A model generated the notes under the pieces. It did not search any database. It was not told where the DNA came from and saw only the letters and a program-made list of their open reading frames with translations. This document shows, piece by piece, positions 63,956 to 64,000 of a stretch of DNA of 64,000 nt. Each line of letters starts with the position of its first letter. The stretch's first letter is position 1. A program made the translations under genes and the position numbers. The stretch lies in contig NC_086097.1 of the NCBI RefSeq assembly GCF_963921235.1, forward strand, positions 153,638,001 to 153,702,000. Direction: 5' to 3'. Source of the stretch: Mobula hypostoma (Eukaryota).

Positions 63956-64000
63956 ACATCTGGATGCTGATAAAATAACAATCTACATACCTATTTTCAT

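Overview
Eukaryotic, AT-rich, repeat-dominated DNA. The repeat content points to a cartilaginous fish, probably a ray or skate (inference): CR1 LINEs, Rex1/Babar LINEs, HE1/V-SINEs, Deu-domain SINEs and Penelope elements with many short derivative tails. No intact host gene can be named. Nearly every ORF in the track is a transposon fragment or antisense noise, and only a few short candidate exons are visible (best: 50346-50395, +). The main structures are: (1) a Penelope-like family whose 3' repeats carry minimal hammerhead-ribozyme motifs, with about 9 copies including a TSD-flanked near-perfect 190-bp hairpin insertion; (2) an 11-kb BEL/Pao retrotransposon relic with two diverged LTRs and several nested insertions with visible TSDs; (3) an R4/Dong-clade non-LTR element inserted next to a TAA repeat; (4) a 167-bp local templated duplication at the 5' junction of a young CR1; (5) RTE-derived non-autonomous elements. 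All family calls come from motif recognition by eye, not database searches, and boundaries without TSDs are approximate.
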